Source: an uncultured Pseudobdellovibrionaceae bacterium
GTDB lineage: Bacteria > Patescibacteriota > Minisyncoccia > Moranbacterales > GCA-2747515
Assembly: GCA_964565145.1 (NCBI GenBank)
Contig: CAZMCZ010000001.1
Location: 29,025-66,918 of the forward strand
Length of the DNA: 37,894 bases
Direction: 5' to 3'
Below the pieces are notes generated by a model. The model saw only the letters and a program-made list of their open reading frames with translations. It did no database searches and was not told where the DNA came from. Shown here piece after piece: positions 7,723-16,277 of the stretch. The stretch's first letter is position 1, and every line of letters begins with the position of its first letter. Position numbers and translations under genes: made by a program.

Positions 7723-9429
7723 ATGGGTATGCATTTTAAAGATGATTTTACCATTGTCATTGCGGGGCAAGCCGGACAGGGCATTGAAAGTGTCGCAACG
7801 GTATTGGCACATATTCTCAAAAAACACGGATATCATGTTTATGTCGCCAAGGAGGTGATGAGTCGCGTGCGTGGTGGCATGAACTCCGTTTCTCTGCGTG
7901 TAAACGCAGAGCGACACAATGGTTTTGTGGAGCGCATTGATCTCTTTGTCCCGCTTGATCCCGGTGGCTATGCGCATCTTGAGCATCGTTTCAGTGATGA
8001 GACGATTTTTATGGGTGTTGAGGATCCACAAAACGCAGAGAGGGATGTGGCGCGAATTAACTTTTTGCAGATTGCACATGAAGTGGGTCATCGCATCTAT
8101 GCAAACACGGTTGCCGCCGGTGCCGTACTGGGGCTGATGGATGCTGATCGAGAAATTGCCACAGATTATTTACGGACGTTTTTTGCGCGTAAAGGCGCGG
8201 ATGTCGTTGAGGCCAATATTGTGGCACTGGAAAAAGGATTTACGATTGGTGCGCATACGGCATATCATGAGGATATCACGTGCGCGTTTCATGTTGATGA
8301 CGATTTGAAAGAGCACGTTTTTCTCTCCGGTTCCGAGGCCGTTGGCTTTGGTGCTTTGGCGGGTGGCTTGGATATGATTTCTTCGTATCCGATGTCGCCG
8401 GCAACCGGTGTGTTGACCTTTCTTGCGCAAAACGGCAAAGAATGTGGTGTGCTTGTCGAGCAGGCGACAGATGAAATTGGCGCAATCAATATGACACTTG
8501 GCGCCGTTTATGCCGGCGCACGCGGTATGGTGACGACGTCCGGTGGGGGGTTTTGTTTGATGATGGAATCGGTTTCTCTCAGTGGGATGACGGAGACGCC
8601 AATCGTTATCCACATCGCACAACGTCCAGGTCCCGCAACCGGCTTACCGACACGAACAGCGCAAGAAGACCTCAATCTCGTCCTCTATGCCGGACATGGA
8701 GAGTTCATGCGGGCGATTTTTGCACCGGGGACGCCGGAAGAAGCGTATGACCTGAGTGCGCATGCGCTTGCGCTTTCTGATAAATATCAAATGCCGGCTT
8801 TTGTATTGACGGATCAACATTTCGTGGATGCACTTTTTTGTGTGCCACAGAGCGCATTGCAACAAAAGGATACGACGAAGCATTTTGTCAAAACGTCAAA
8901 AGAGTATAAGCGCTATCAGCTTACGGACGATGGTATAAGTCCGCGGGGCATTCCCGGCTATGGCACGGGTCTTGTCATGGTTGACAGTGATGAACATGAT
9001 GAGCAGGGACGTATTACGGAGGACATGGATTATCTGCGTCCGGAGATGGTGGCAAAGCGATTTTTTAAGCGTAAGCAACTCTTGATTGATGTGGCATTGC
9101 CTCCGGTTTTGGCAGGTGTCAAAGCGTACAAAATTCTGGTTATTTCATGGGGCTCAAACAAGCCAACGGTTGCCGAAGCCGTTGCAACATGCAAGAAACG
9201 TGGTATGGCGCATGCACATTTTCCACAGGTCTTTCCGCTACACAAAAGCGTCAAAGCGCTACTCAAAAAAGCGCAAAAAATTGTAGTCGTGGAAAATAAC
9301 GCACAAGGACAATTTGCAGACCTGCTCACACGAGAAACGGGCATCACCATCGATAAACGCATCACGCAGTACAATGGCCGTCCGTTTAGCGTTGAAGGGC
9401 TTGTAGAACAATTCAATAAATTGAAATAA
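7723..9429 (+). CDS. 2-oxoacid:ferredoxin (acceptor) oxidoreductase, alpha subunit (gamma+alpha fused type)
   Basis: 568 aa. The N-terminal IVIAGQAGQGIES resembles the gamma domain and is followed by an alpha-type domain. The beta subunit follows 4 nt later. I moved the start to ATG 7723 because the -10 box lies inside the longer listed ORF. Confidence 0.88.
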   Translation: MGMHFKDDFTIVIAGQAGQGIESVATVLAHILKKHGYHVYVAKEVMSRVRGGMNSVSLRVNAERHNGFVERIDLFVPLDPGGYAHLEHRFSDETIFMGVEDPQNAERDVARINFLQIAHEVGHRIYANTVAAGAVLGLMDADREIATDYLRTFFARKGADVVEANIVALEKGFTIGAHTAYHEDITCAFHVDDDLKEHVFLSGSEAVGFGALAGGLDMISSYPMSPATGVLTFLAQNGKECGVLVEQATDEIGAINMTLGAVYAGARGMVTTSGGGFCLMMESVSLSGMTETPIVIHIAQRPGPATGLPTRTAQEDLNLVLYAGHGEFMRAIFAPGTPEEAYDLSAHALALSDKYQMPAFVLTDQHFVDALFCVPQSALQQKDTTKHFVKTSKEYKRYQLTDDGISPRGIPGYGTGLVMVDSDEHDEQGRITEDMDYLRPEMVAKRFFKRKQLLIDVALPPVLAGVKAYKILVISWGSNKPTVAEAVATCKKRGMAHAHFPQVFPLHKSVKALLKKAQKIVVVENNAQGQFADLLTRETGITIDKRITQYNGRPFSVEGLVEQFNKLK

Positions 9430-9433
9430 TTAT

Positions 9434-10318
9434 ATGATTGGTAGCGCACAAAAACAACATGAGAAATCGTTTGCTATTCCACACGGCATTGATAATCAGT
9501 GGTGCCCCGGTTGTGGAAATTTCCCTATCTTACAAACGGTCAAAAAAGCGTTAAAAGATGTTGGATGGACACCGGAAGAAACAGTCTTTGTCAGTGGCAT
9601 CGGGCAAGCGGCAAAATTTCCGCAATATGCCGGTGCACATTATTTCAATGGATTGCATGGGCGCGCATTACCGGTAGCAACGGGCATCAAGGCGGCAAAT
9701 CCACGACTCAATGTTGTCGTTACAAGTGGTGATGGCGATGTTTACGGTGAAGGAGGCGATCACTTTATCCATACGATTCGTCGCAATCCCAACATTACGG
9801 TTATTGTCCATGACAATATGATCTACGGTCTGACGAAGGGGCAGGCGGCGCCAACATCAGAAATCGGTCTTGTGACGCCAACACAGCCACAAGGTGTTTA
9901 TGATAATCCCATCAACCCTGTAGCGCTTGCCATTTCTTTGGATGCGCCGTTTGTCGCACGTGCCAATGCCGGCGATCCGTTGCAGGCGCAAGAGATTATT
10001 CGCAGAGCTTTTGAGCACAAGGGTTTCGCTCTGGTTGACATCTTTCAGCCATGTGTCGTCTTTAACAAAACAAACACCTATCAGTGGTTTAAGGAGCATA
10101 CGTACACCATCACGCCGGAGCATGATGCCAGCGATCAAGAGCAGGCGTTTGCCATTGCACTGCAAAGTGAGAAATTTCCCTTGGGCGTTCTTTATCAACA
10201 TACGCGCCGTCCGATTTTTGATGATGTCGTGGGAACGTACGATGATGATTTGCGTCCACTGTATGAGCGAAAGCGTGACTTTACGATTGTTGATGCGCTC
10301 TTGCGCGCACGACAATAA
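9434..10318 (+). CDS. 2-oxoacid:ferredoxin (acceptor) oxidoreductase, beta (TPP-binding) subunit
   Basis: WCPGCGNFPIL Cys motif near the N-terminus, and a TPP-binding GDG...N region (TSGDGDVYGEGGDHFIHTIRRNPNITVIVHDNMIYGLTKGQ). Confidence 0.9.
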   Translation: MIGSAQKQHEKSFAIPHGIDNQWCPGCGNFPILQTVKKALKDVGWTPEETVFVSGIGQAAKFPQYAGAHYFNGLHGRALPVATGIKAANPRLNVVVTSGDGDVYGEGGDHFIHTIRRNPNITVIVHDNMIYGLTKGQAAPTSEIGLVTPTQPQGVYDNPINPVALAISLDAPFVARANAGDPLQAQEIIRRAFEHKGFALVDIFQPCVVFNKTNTYQWFKEHTYTITPEHDASDQEQAFAIALQSEKFPLGVLYQHTRRPIFDDVVGTYDDDLRPLYERKRDFTIVDALLRARQ

Positions 10319-10332
10319 TATGATGACGTAGC

Positions 10333-10370
10333 AAGGCCTTGTAGCAGAGCATATGCTACCGGCCTTTTTT
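10333..10370 (+). terminator. rho-independent terminator
   Basis: AAGGCC 10333-10338 pairs with GGCCTT 10361-10366, and inner GTAGCA 10341-10346 pairs with TGCTAC 10354-10359. A T-run ends at 10370. Confidence 0.7.
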
Positions 10371-10443
10371 ACGATGTGGACGGACACGTTTTTTGTTGGG
10401 CTGTTTTGCTTTGATGATCTCTATGATAAAGATTTGCTATATG

Positions 10444-10473
10444 AAAAGACCTGCGCCTATGGGGAGCAGGTCT
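10444..10473 (-). terminator. rho-independent terminator of the 85-aa gene
   Basis: AGACCTGC 10447-10454 pairs with GCAGGTCT 10466-10473. On the - strand the hairpin starts 11 nt after the stop and is followed by a short T run (A10444-10447 on the + strand). Confidence 0.55.
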
Positions 10474-10484
10474 GTTTGCGATTA

Positions 10485-10742
10485 TTAGACGCCACGGATT
10501 TTTAGTTGTGTGACGTTGAAAGAATAGGGCTTCACAAAGCATCCTCTTTGCATCATTCTTTTCTCATTTTCTGTGAGTGGTGTGCCGTCGCTAAAAGTAA
10601 TCTCAACACCTTTTCTTTTGTAGAGCTCTAGAAGCATTGCGCTGTGGATGCATGTGCCACGTGAAACATATTTTTTGAAACAATATGTTGTCAATTCTTC
10701 CGCAGACATCGTTTTATACGGCATGTACGGTGGTTTGCTCAT
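10485..10742 (-). CDS. small hypothetical protein (85 aa)
   Basis: Strong Shine-Dalgarno site (AAGGAGG, + strand 10749-10755) 6 nt before the ATG. It has its own promoter and terminator. No recognisable motif. Confidence 0.7.
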   Translation of the reverse strand: MSKPPYMPYKTMSAEELTTYCFKKYVSRGTCIHSAMLLELYKRKGVEITFSDGTPLTENEKRMMQRGCFVKPYSFNVTQLKIRGV

Positions 10743-10776
10743 CAGAAACCTCCTTCATTTATTTGATGATAGTATA

Positions 10777-10805
10777 AGTGTAGGGTTTTTTCGTGGTCTT
10801 GTCAA
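10777..10805 (-). promoter_or_regulatory. sigma70-type promoter TTGACA-17-TACACT
   Basis: On the - strand, TTGACA is at 10805-10800 and TACACT at 10782-10777. Confidence 0.5.
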
Positions 10806-10824
10806 ATAGATCTATCACCTACGC

Positions 10825-10852
10825 TTTACTTTTTATGTGCTTCTGCTATACT
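10825..10852 (+). promoter_or_regulatory. candidate promoter TTTACT-16-TGcTATACT
   Basis: TTTACT at 10825-10830, TG at 10844-10845 and TATACT at 10847-10852. Confidence 0.4.
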
Positions 10853-10880
10853 CGTGAGTAGAATATTATCGTATAGATTT

Positions 10881-11102
10881 ATGGGACAAATTATCCTTAT
10901 TGCATTGGTGGCGATTGCCGTGCTTCTCATTGTGTCAATTCTTTTGCAAAGTCGTGGCGAAGGACTTGGTGTCTTGGGTGCTGATATCGGTGGCTCGTAT
11001 CATACCAAACGTGGTTTTGAACAATTTTTATTTTATGCTACCATTGTGCTTGCAGTGTTGTTTATTTCTACGGCGCTTATCGCTGTTCGTATTGGCGCAT
11101 AA
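10881..11102 (+). CDS. secG: preprotein translocase subunit SecG
   Basis: 73 aa from ATG 10881. Two TM helices flank LLQSRGEGLGVLGADIGG...KRG, the usual SecG layout. The listed GTG start at 10854 falls immediately after the predicted -10 box (10847-10852), upstream of the expected transcription start. Confidence 0.75.
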   Translation: MGQIILIALVAIAVLLIVSILLQSRGEGLGVLGADIGGSYHTKRGFEQFLFYATIVLAVLFISTALIAVRIGA

Positions 11103-11190
11103 TAATTAGTAACATACGCGTATTTCTCGTTTTAGCTTTTTTAGTGTCTTTTCTCCAAAACAGTGGTTTGCGATTACAAAGCATGCATCT

Positions 11191-12852
11191 TTGGCACAAA
11201 AATTTGTCATTGCCGTGCTTTTTATTTTGCTCATCATGACATCGTTGTGGTGGGTGCGTTCTTTGTATGTTTTCTTTACACAGCCGGTTGCTACACATGG
11301 CGGACAGTATGTTGAAGCAATGATTGCACAGCCACGTTTTATCAATCCGTTGCTTGCTCCGGCATCATCGTCAACAGACAAAGCACTGACGCGTCTTATC
11401 TATAGCGGGCTTTTTGCATATGATGCTGAGGGTCTTTTGAAGATGGATCTTGCAGAACGTTTTGAGCAAAGCGGTGATGCCAAAGAATATGTCGTCTATC
11501 TGCGTCAGGACGCCACATGGCATGATGGTGAGCCCTTTGGTGCTGATGATGTTCTCTATACCATCAACACCGCAAAAAATGTTGACTATGGTGCCGTCGG
11601 CGTGCTGGCGGATATTCGTCTGGCATTTCGTGATGTTTCTATTAAGAAGCGTGATGCCCATACGGTTGTCTTTACTCTGAAAGAGCCACGCGCCGATTTT
11701 TTGCATGTGTTGACACTGGGTATATTGCCGGAACATATATGGCGTAATGTTTCTTTGCAACAATTTAACACAACCGATTTCAATGTGAAGCCGATTGGTA
11801 CGGGACCGTATAGTTTTGTCGATGTGCATGCCCTTGCCGATGGTACGGTGCAGGAGTATATTCTTCGCGCTTATGAGGGGTATTACAAGGGGGAGCCGTA
11901 TATCACGAAGTTTTCTTTTCGTCTGTATCCCGATCGCGACCATGCCGTTGCGGCCTATAATAGCGGAGAGATTGGTGGCGTGACGATTGATACGCCGGAG
12001 CAAGACAATATGATCACAGCGCAAAAAACACACAAGCAACATATTGCCGTGCCATCATACTATGCGGTCTTTTTTAATCAGACAAAGAGCGTTCCATTGG
12101 CTTATGATGATGTGCGCGCAGCGTTGGTTATGGGGATTGATCGCCGGGCGATTATTGATGCGGTTTTTGGTGACTTCGCACAGGATGTGCGAGCGCCACT
12201 GCTTGCCGGCATGAACGGCTATAGTGCGGACTTTTTGCAACCGGAGCAAGCACAAGATCAGGCGCGTCAAAAATTAGAGAGTGCGGGGTGGAAAGTCGGT
12301 GATGATGGTGTGCGCTTTCGCGGTGGCGACAAACTTACCTTTACACTTACCGTGCGTGATGATCAGAAGCAACTTGTGCGTGTTGCGGAATTACTGCAAG
12401 AGCAATGGAAGGCCATTGGTGCGCGTGTTGACATTCGCAAGGTGCGCAAAGATGAATTGGCTACGAATGTGATCAAACCGCATGAATATGACGCTGTGTT
12501 GATGCCACATCCGTTGCGATGGGATCAGCCACGCCTACGACAGCTATGGCATAGTGATTTCCGTGAAGGCACAGGGAAAAACTACGCGCTGTTTAAGGAC
12601 GCCGTCGTTGATCGCACCCTTGATGACCTTGAGAAAACAACAGATTTATCACAACGTGCGACGGAGTATCTCACCATTCAAAAGCGTATTCTGGCAGAAG
12701 ATCCGGCTCTCTTTCTCTTTGCGCCGGGATTTGTCTTTGCCCATACCGATAAGTTGCATGGCAGTGGGACGTCACGCGCCAATGTTTCGTCTGATCGTTT
12801 CAGTGATGTATCGCAGTGGTATGTCCAAGAAAAACGAGAGTGGAAAAAATAG
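11191..12852 (+). CDS. family-5 (peptide/nickel-type) ABC solute-binding protein, membrane-anchored
   Basis: 553 aa. Typical SBP_bac_5 N-terminal region (INPLLA..D..L..LIYSGLF...L.LAE...S.D...Y...LR.D..WHDGEPF.A.DV.YT). N-terminal TM helix without a lipobox Cys. The listed start is TTG 11191, and the true start is uncertain. Confidence 0.82.
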   Translation: MAQKFVIAVLFILLIMTSLWWVRSLYVFFTQPVATHGGQYVEAMIAQPRFINPLLAPASSSTDKALTRLIYSGLFAYDAEGLLKMDLAERFEQSGDAKEYVVYLRQDATWHDGEPFGADDVLYTINTAKNVDYGAVGVLADIRLAFRDVSIKKRDAHTVVFTLKEPRADFLHVLTLGILPEHIWRNVSLQQFNTTDFNVKPIGTGPYSFVDVHALADGTVQEYILRAYEGYYKGEPYITKFSFRLYPDRDHAVAAYNSGEIGGVTIDTPEQDNMITAQKTHKQHIAVPSYYAVFFNQTKSVPLAYDDVRAALVMGIDRRAIIDAVFGDFAQDVRAPLLAGMNGYSADFLQPEQAQDQARQKLESAGWKVGDDGVRFRGGDKLTFTLTVRDDQKQLVRVAELLQEQWKAIGARVDIRKVRKDELATNVIKPHEYDAVLMPHPLRWDQPRLRQLWHSDFREGTGKNYALFKDAVVDRTLDDLEKTTDLSQRATEYLTIQKRILAEDPALFLFAPGFVFAHTDKLHGSGTSRANVSSDRFSDVSQWYVQEKREWKK

Positions 12853-12920
12853 CGGGACGTGTTGTCGTGGATTGATGCTGAGGATGTTCCTTTTACGCGT
12901 GTAAAAAAATAAAATATTAT

Positions 12921-14216
12921 ATGAAGAACAACATTTCCTGTGATTATTCCCATGTAGAGGCGTTTAGTGATCCATCATCTGTACGACAGGACATTGTCCA
13001 GAGTGCACAAACGCTCATGGATGGTTCTGGTGCCGGTGCGGCATTTCGCGGATGGCTTACGTTGCCAGAGCAATATGACCGCGAAGAAGATGCACGCATT
13101 CGCGCCGTGGCCCAGAACATCCGTGAGGATGCAGATGTTTTTGTTGTTATTGGCATCGGTGGGTCTTATCTGGGTGCGCGCGGAGCGATTGAAGCTCTAA
13201 AAGGGACGTTCTATAATGAATTGTCGCCTCAAAAACGTCAGGGTCCGCAGATTTTCTTTGCTGGCAATAATCTCAGTGGCACGTACCTTCGTGACATTTT
13301 GACGCTACTGGAAAATAAAAGTGTTTATGTGAATGTGATTTCTAAATCAGGTACGACGCTTGAGCCGGCCGTTGCTTTTCGTCTCATCACAAAAGAGCTT
13401 GCAGTGCGCTATAGCGCTGACGAACTGCGAAAGCGCATTATTGTCACTACAGATGCAACCTCCGGCGCGCTGAAAGACTTGGCAGATAAAAAAGGATATG
13501 AAACATTTGTCGTGCCAGATGATATTGGTGGGCGCTATAGCGTGCTTACGGCCGTCGGACGGTTGCCCCTTGCCGTTGCCGGTATTGATATTGAGGCGAT
13601 GATGCGTGGTGCACGGGATGCTATGAAGCTCTATGATGCGCCCTATGAAGAAAATCCATGTTATCATTATGCGGCGGCACGGACGGCACTCTATCGTGCA
13701 GGATATAAAATTGAAATTTTTACACAGTTTGAGCCGGCGTGGCATTATTTTGCAGAGTGGTGGAAGCAACTTTTCGGGGAGTCAGAGGGCAAGGAGCATA
13801 AAGGCCTCTATCCGTCTTCTCTGGATTTTACAACCGACCTTCACTCTCTGGGGCAATACGTCCAAGAGGGTGAGCGACATCTTTTCAAAACGATTTTGCA
13901 CATTGAGGAAACAAAAGACGCTGTCGTCGTGCCAGATGATGGAGAACATGATGATGGCCTAGAGAATCTTTCCGGGAAGTCCTTTGATGTTTTGAATACT
14001 GCCGCGCAACAGGGGACATTGATTGCGCACGCCGACGGTGCTGTGCCACAAATTGTTCTCTCACTACCACAACAGGACGCCTATTATCTGGGGCAATTGT
14101 TTTTCTTCTTTGAAAAAGCATGCGCTGTGAGCGCGTACGCGTTGGGTGTCAATCCCTTTGATCAACCGGGCGTAGAGGCGTATAAGAAGAACATGTTTCG
14201 TCTTTTGGGCATATAG
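12921..14216 (+). CDS. pgi: glucose-6-phosphate isomerase
   Basis: GIGGSYLGARG, ISKSGTTLEP, GGRYSVLTAVG and GESEGKEHKG motifs. 431 aa. Confidence 0.9.
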   Translation: MKNNISCDYSHVEAFSDPSSVRQDIVQSAQTLMDGSGAGAAFRGWLTLPEQYDREEDARIRAVAQNIREDADVFVVIGIGGSYLGARGAIEALKGTFYNELSPQKRQGPQIFFAGNNLSGTYLRDILTLLENKSVYVNVISKSGTTLEPAVAFRLITKELAVRYSADELRKRIIVTTDATSGALKDLADKKGYETFVVPDDIGGRYSVLTAVGRLPLAVAGIDIEAMMRGARDAMKLYDAPYEENPCYHYAAARTALYRAGYKIEIFTQFEPAWHYFAEWWKQLFGESEGKEHKGLYPSSLDFTTDLHSLGQYVQEGERHLFKTILHIEETKDAVVVPDDGEHDDGLENLSGKSFDVLNTAAQQGTLIAHADGAVPQIVLSLPQQDAYYLGQLFFFFEKACAVSAYALGVNPFDQPGVEAYKKNMFRLLGI

Positions 14217-14312
14217 CTCCTCTATGATGGGCATTTTCTACGCATTTTTCATGTCGTGGTTGTGTTTTTGTTTGTAACACTATCAAAAAGAGCCGGTGCA
14301 GGGTAAACATAA

Positions 14313-14335
14313 AAGTATCATACTTTATCATACTT
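14313..14335 (+). promoter_or_regulatory. candidate operator: tandem 10-bp direct repeat containing a 13-bp palindrome
   Basis: TATCATACTT at 14316-14325 is repeated exactly at 14326-14335. AAGTAT-c-ATACTT at 14313-14325 is a perfect palindrome. The site overlaps -10-like hexamers (TATCAT, CATACT) 29 nt upstream of the RHH gene ATG. Confidence 0.4.
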
Positions 14336-14363
14336 TTATTTTACAAGGGGTGATAAAGGATGT

Positions 14364-15179
14364 ATGATAGATGCATCTTATAACAAACACATGCCATTAC
14401 GTAATCGCATTTCTATCACTCTGCGCAAGGACCTCTTGCAACAAATTGATTATGCAATCCAACAGGGTGACGCACAAAATCGTTCCAATGCCATTGAACA
14501 AGTTTTAATGGAAAAGTTTGGCAATGCACATGCACGCAGAGCCGTCATTCTTGGCGGAGGTTCCGGCGTTGACGTTGATGGAGTGCGGACGTCTGTTCTT
14601 CTCGCAACAGTGGACGGGAAAGTGCTCATTGATCGGCATATTGAGCGTTTAAAAGCTGTTGGCGTTGAGGAAATCATTCTCTCCGTCGGTGCTTTCGGTG
14701 ATGCGGTGCGCTCTGTGGTTGGTGATGGGTCGCGTTATGATATTTCCATTGTCTATTTTGAGCGTGATCACGGCACGGCAAGCGTGTTGCGCAAGGCGCG
14801 GAGCTTACTTAAAGAGACGTTTATCATGCTTAATGGGCACATCATCATTGACGATGTTGACTTTGAAGATATGATTTTGGCGCACAAAAATATGCGCGCG
14901 CTTTGTACGATTGGGTTAACTACGATCGCGCAACCGGGCAATTATGGGCAGGTGAAGATGCGTGGGTCACATGTCGTACAGTACGTAGAGAAACCCGGTG
15001 ACAAAGAAAGCATCTCGCACATCATCAATGCCGGCATCTACATCATTGAGCCGGCAGTTTGTGCTCTTGTGCGACCGGACGAAGCATCTATTGAACAAAA
15101 CATCTTTCCACTTCTGACGCGTAAGGGGATGTTGCATGGGTATCTGTTGGATACGCCTTGGCAACGATATAAAAAATAA
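14364..15179 (+). CDS. ribbon-helix-helix (CopG/NikR-like) domain fused to a sugar-phosphate nucleotidyltransferase-fold domain with a degenerate active-site loop
   Basis: N-terminal RISITLRKDLLQQIDYAIQQGDAQNRSNAIEQVLMEKFG has the RHH pattern. The remainder aligns by eye with NTP_transferase proteins (AVILGGG..., GVEEIILSVG, DGSRYDISIVYFER, GTASVL, LNGHIIID, YGQV, VEKP, INAGIYIIEP). The usual GGxGTRLxPLT..PKP loop is replaced by GGGSGVDVDGVRTSVLL. Confidence 0.78.
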   Translation: MIDASYNKHMPLRNRISITLRKDLLQQIDYAIQQGDAQNRSNAIEQVLMEKFGNAHARRAVILGGGSGVDVDGVRTSVLLATVDGKVLIDRHIERLKAVGVEEIILSVGAFGDAVRSVVGDGSRYDISIVYFERDHGTASVLRKARSLLKETFIMLNGHIIIDDVDFEDMILAHKNMRALCTIGLTTIAQPGNYGQVKMRGSHVVQYVEKPGDKESISHIINAGIYIIEPAVCALVRPDEASIEQNIFPLLTRKGMLHGYLLDTPWQRYKK

Positions 15180-15188
15180 ACAACGCCT

Positions 15189-16274
15189 ATGAAAACGACA
15201 ATGAAAGCGGTTATTCTTGCCGGAGGCTCCGGCACACGACTCTGGCCATTGAGTCGTAAGCAAAAACCAAAGCAGTTTCAAAAAATGACATCGGATCAAA
15301 CGATGTTGCAAGAAACGTATGCGCGACTTGCAAAACATTTTTCGCCGGATGCCATTTACATCTCCACAAATCAGGACTATGTGCAGGAAGTCTCTAAAGA
15401 ACTGCCGGAAATCAATAAACGCAACATCATTGCCGAGCCTCTTGCACGCAATACCGCTCCGGGCATTGCACTTGCCGCGGCAACGATTGCGCAACACCAT
15501 GGCGATGATGCAATGATTGCGGTCTTTCCCGCAGATCATATGATCAAAAACCACGCCGTGCTCTTTCAGGCACTTGATAACGCTGAGGCGTTTCTCACAC
15601 AACAGCCAACATACATCATAACGCTTGGTCTGGCGCCAACTTATCCGGAAACGGGGTATGGTTATATCAAAAAAGGTATGGTGCTTGATAAGCAAAAGCA
15701 GATTTTTGCCGTTGATCGTTTTGTGGAAAAGCCGGACGCAGAAACGGCGCAAAAGTATATCCGTGAAGCATCGTATTATTGGAATGCGGGGATGTTTGTG
15801 TTTGTTGCCGGCGCCATGCTTGCAAAATATCAAAAATACATTCCAAAAACTTATGAATGCATCAAAGAAATTCAAGAGGCGATGGCGACAGATTTTGCAA
15901 CGGACGTTTGTCGTAAGCAGTACGAAAAAACAGATGCGATCAGTGTTGATTATGCGATTATGGAAAATGATTCTCATGTGGCCGTGATACCGATTGCGGA
16001 TCTCGGATGGAGTGATGTGGGGAGTTGGGCGGCGCTAAAGGACGCGCTTGTGGGTGATGGTGATGAGCACTTGGTACAGGGCGAGCATATTGATTTTGAG
16101 AGCACAAACTTGGTCGTGCATGGTGACACCAAGCCCATTGTCACTATCGGATTGAAAGATTTGGTTATTGTGGACACAGAGCATGCGTTATTGGTCTGTG
16201 ATCGTCGTCATGCGCAATTTGTCTCCAGCGTGGTGAAGTCTCTCCAAGACACCAAACATAAAAAAATTATCTAG
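15189..16274 (+). CDS. manC: mannose-1-phosphate guanylyltransferase
   Basis: AVILAGGSGTRLWPLSRKQKPKQF signature. 361 aa with no C-terminal isomerase domain. Confidence 0.85.
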   Translation: MKTTMKAVILAGGSGTRLWPLSRKQKPKQFQKMTSDQTMLQETYARLAKHFSPDAIYISTNQDYVQEVSKELPEINKRNIIAEPLARNTAPGIALAAATIAQHHGDDAMIAVFPADHMIKNHAVLFQALDNAEAFLTQQPTYIITLGLAPTYPETGYGYIKKGMVLDKQKQIFAVDRFVEKPDAETAQKYIREASYYWNAGMFVFVAGAMLAKYQKYIPKTYECIKEIQEAMATDFATDVCRKQYEKTDAISVDYAIMENDSHVAVIPIADLGWSDVGSWAALKDALVGDGDEHLVQGEHIDFESTNLVVHGDTKPIVTIGLKDLVIVDTEHALLVCDRRHAQFVSSVVKSLQDTKHKKII

Positions 16275-16277
16275 TCT

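Noticed and set aside
11371-12042. 223-aa - strand ORF antisense to the solute-binding protein gene. The 210-aa ORF at 16572-17204 antisense to manA is a similar case.
   Set aside because: They lie entirely within well-supported + strand genes, with no independent signals or motifs.
14967-15977. 336-aa - strand ORF antisense to manC
   Set aside because: It overlaps a + strand gene with an unambiguous GGSGTRLWPLSR signature. Its product is Phe/Arg/Cys/Ile-rich nonsense, typical of an antisense frame.
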